Shown: in pieces, positions 62,511-64,000 of the stretch
How the letters are laid out: each line of letters starts with the position of its first letter
Numbering within the stretch: position 1 is the first letter of the stretch
From: Bispira polyomma
Taxonomy: Eukaryota
Assembly: GCA_965649765.1 (NCBI GenBank)
Contig: OZ287755.1
Coordinates: 53,320,001-53,384,000 of the forward strand
Direction of reading: 5' to 3'
Length of the DNA stretch: 64,000 nucleotides
Position numbers and translations under genes: made by a program
Notes under the pieces: model-generated
The model's input: only the letters and a program-made list of their open reading frames with translations
What the model was told of the DNA's origin: nothing
The model's database searches: none

Positions 62511-62789
62511 TTATCAGTCAGGGCAATTTTTAAAAGATAATTACACTGATAGTGAATATAAAACATTTATAATTATTAATGTAAGTTTACTAGTTTTACA
62601 AGCATCTTTATAGCCCATCGTAAGATTGGCCAAATCGGAAGTTGGGCTCCATAATTTTTACAACATTTTCATCACTCTTTAATTTGATTGATGTTTTCCA
62701 GTGATTTTTTCCATCAAAATGTATAAAAAAAATATAAAACACACATTAACTGTCCGCCCCCAAAAAAGGATAAATCATACATTATGTGG

Positions 62790-63345
62790 TGGTTCCACTA
62801 TCAGGATTTAGTCCCCGACCTTCCTGACTTTGAGGTCTGGGGCATGTGAGGGAAGGTCAGGGAGCAAAATCGGCGTGGTCTGGAAGGTCGGGAAGAATAT
62901 CAAACTTGTTCGATATTTTGTAAAAGTGTCCCGACTTGTGGTCCCGGACCTCAAAATCGGGACGGTGAATACATTCGATCCTATTGCCAATATGTTCTGT
63001 CGGATAGGTCGGGGCGCACTCCTGGCCTGTCTTATTGCTGGCCCGGCCTGTCCTATTGAATTTGACCCAGTTTTGAATAGGACAGGCCGGGCCGTCAATC
63101 CAATCGAACTTATGTGACTCCCGATCTGACGAATTGTGTCCTGATCGAACTTTTTGTCTCTCTGGCATAACTTGGTGTGAATACGCTTTTTACCCTGATC
63201 GAACTTAACACAGCAGGAGAGAACGTATTGGCTACCAGATCTGCCGGGAGAGGTAAAAAAATAACTGGGGGGAGGATAGGACAAAACCCTTAAGCAGTAG
63301 GATCTGATGTATTCAGTACCGACCAATAGGATCGAACTTATGCAG
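62790..63345. mobile_element. Partial inverted copy of the 55740-56577 MITE family
   Basis: GGTTCCAC terminus; VPDLK(V/I)GT.N.FDPI homology between ORFs 56034..56435- and 62830..63117+. Confidence 0.7.
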
Positions 63346-63531
63346 ATCAAGATGTTTAGGTATAAAAACATCCTGGCAGTACTGGACTCATTGTATTTGG
63401 AGATTTCTGGCTGGTTATAGGAGTTGTGTTTTTTGTGAAGAGGGATTATATTGTTTTTAATTAGTTATACTTTTTGAGTTTAGGGCAAGTTTTACAGTTT
63501 GTTTTATACACACAACATTAATATCAGCAAG

Positions 63532-64000
63532 ATGCCAAGATTGAGGAGAGTGAAGAGGAAGATTGTAGAGAAGGAGAAGAAGAGGGAGTTTGAACTTGGA
63601 GTTTCATCTGATGAACTGGAGAGGAAGAGGAGAAATGACAGAGGGAGTCCAGCACCAAGTGAGAGGGCAGAGAGTGAGAGAGAGTTAGAGGCTTCCCAAG
63701 GATTGACGGATTCGTTGGAGGAATTTCCTGGATCCTTACAATTCAGGGGACGTGTAAAGAAGACAGTGGAAATGGTCCACGTTATTCTCACAGAGGAAGA
63801 TGAGGAAGCAGTGGTGGATTTTGTCAGAGACAACAAAGTGCCACAAACAGTTTAAGGACAGGTCCCTCAAGGAGAAGTTGTGGTCAGACTTTGCTGCTAC
63901 TCGTGGGTTGAAAACCACTGAGGTAAAGACTTGGTTCGAGTCACAGAGGACACGTTTTGGAAAGTTGATGATAAAGAAGTCTGGACAAGCCCCACCTGAT
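63532..64000 (+). pseudogene. Second MADF/Myb-SANT-like Harbinger-type ORF (frameshift ~63838; runs off the window)
   Basis: LTEEDEEAVVDFVRDN..FKDRSLKEKLWSDFAATRGL..EVKTWFESQRTRFGKLMIKKSGQAP, homologous to the WFQSHRT..KSGQAP segment at 8650-8952. Confidence 0.75.

Larger units (their letters stand above)
58429..62651 (-). mobile_element. Ginger-type (KRBA2/SCAND3-like integrase) DNA transposon, decayed, with TIRs
   Basis: Inverted ends TATAGCCCAACTT / AAGTTGGGCTCCA with a shared TAAGATTGGCCA subterminal motif, enclosing integrase, CXC, Ulp1 and PHD coding remnants. No clean TSD. Confidence 0.75.

Noticed and set aside
62808-63371. 187-aa ORF as a host gene
   Set aside because: Lies within a MITE-family copy homologous to 55740-56577; several overlapping frames are open because of its composition.

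Overview
AT-rich animal genomic DNA, probably mollusc or another lophotrochozoan (inferred from Meta- and Deu/Nin-type SINEs). The window is dominated by nested, mostly decayed transposable elements around one multi-exon host gene on the minus strand (34133-39816), a type-I membrane protein with a Cys-rich ectodomain, one TM helix and a YEN-motif tail. From left to right: a near-perfect inverted duplication of at least 2.6 kb (1-2602 / 10253-12813) carrying a Ty3/Gypsy LTR, PBS and gag start; a Gypsy pol remnant; Academ and Harbinger (MADF) remnants; a Crypton tyrosine recombinase split by a TGT..ACA TIR element; a MULE nested in a MULE (both with 9-bp TSDs); LINE fragments; a near-complete Ngaro/DIRS-class YR retrotransposon with a canonical -1 frameshift signal, apparently inserted into the host gene's splice acceptor; a full-length Tx1/L1-clade LINE whose ORF1p is fused to a NADAR (YbiA-like) domain; and an intron-containing Ginger-type integrase transposon with Ulp1 protease and PHD domains. 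The LINE ORF1-NADAR fusion is the best candidate for an undescribed system. Family assignments come from motif recognition by eye; no searches were run.
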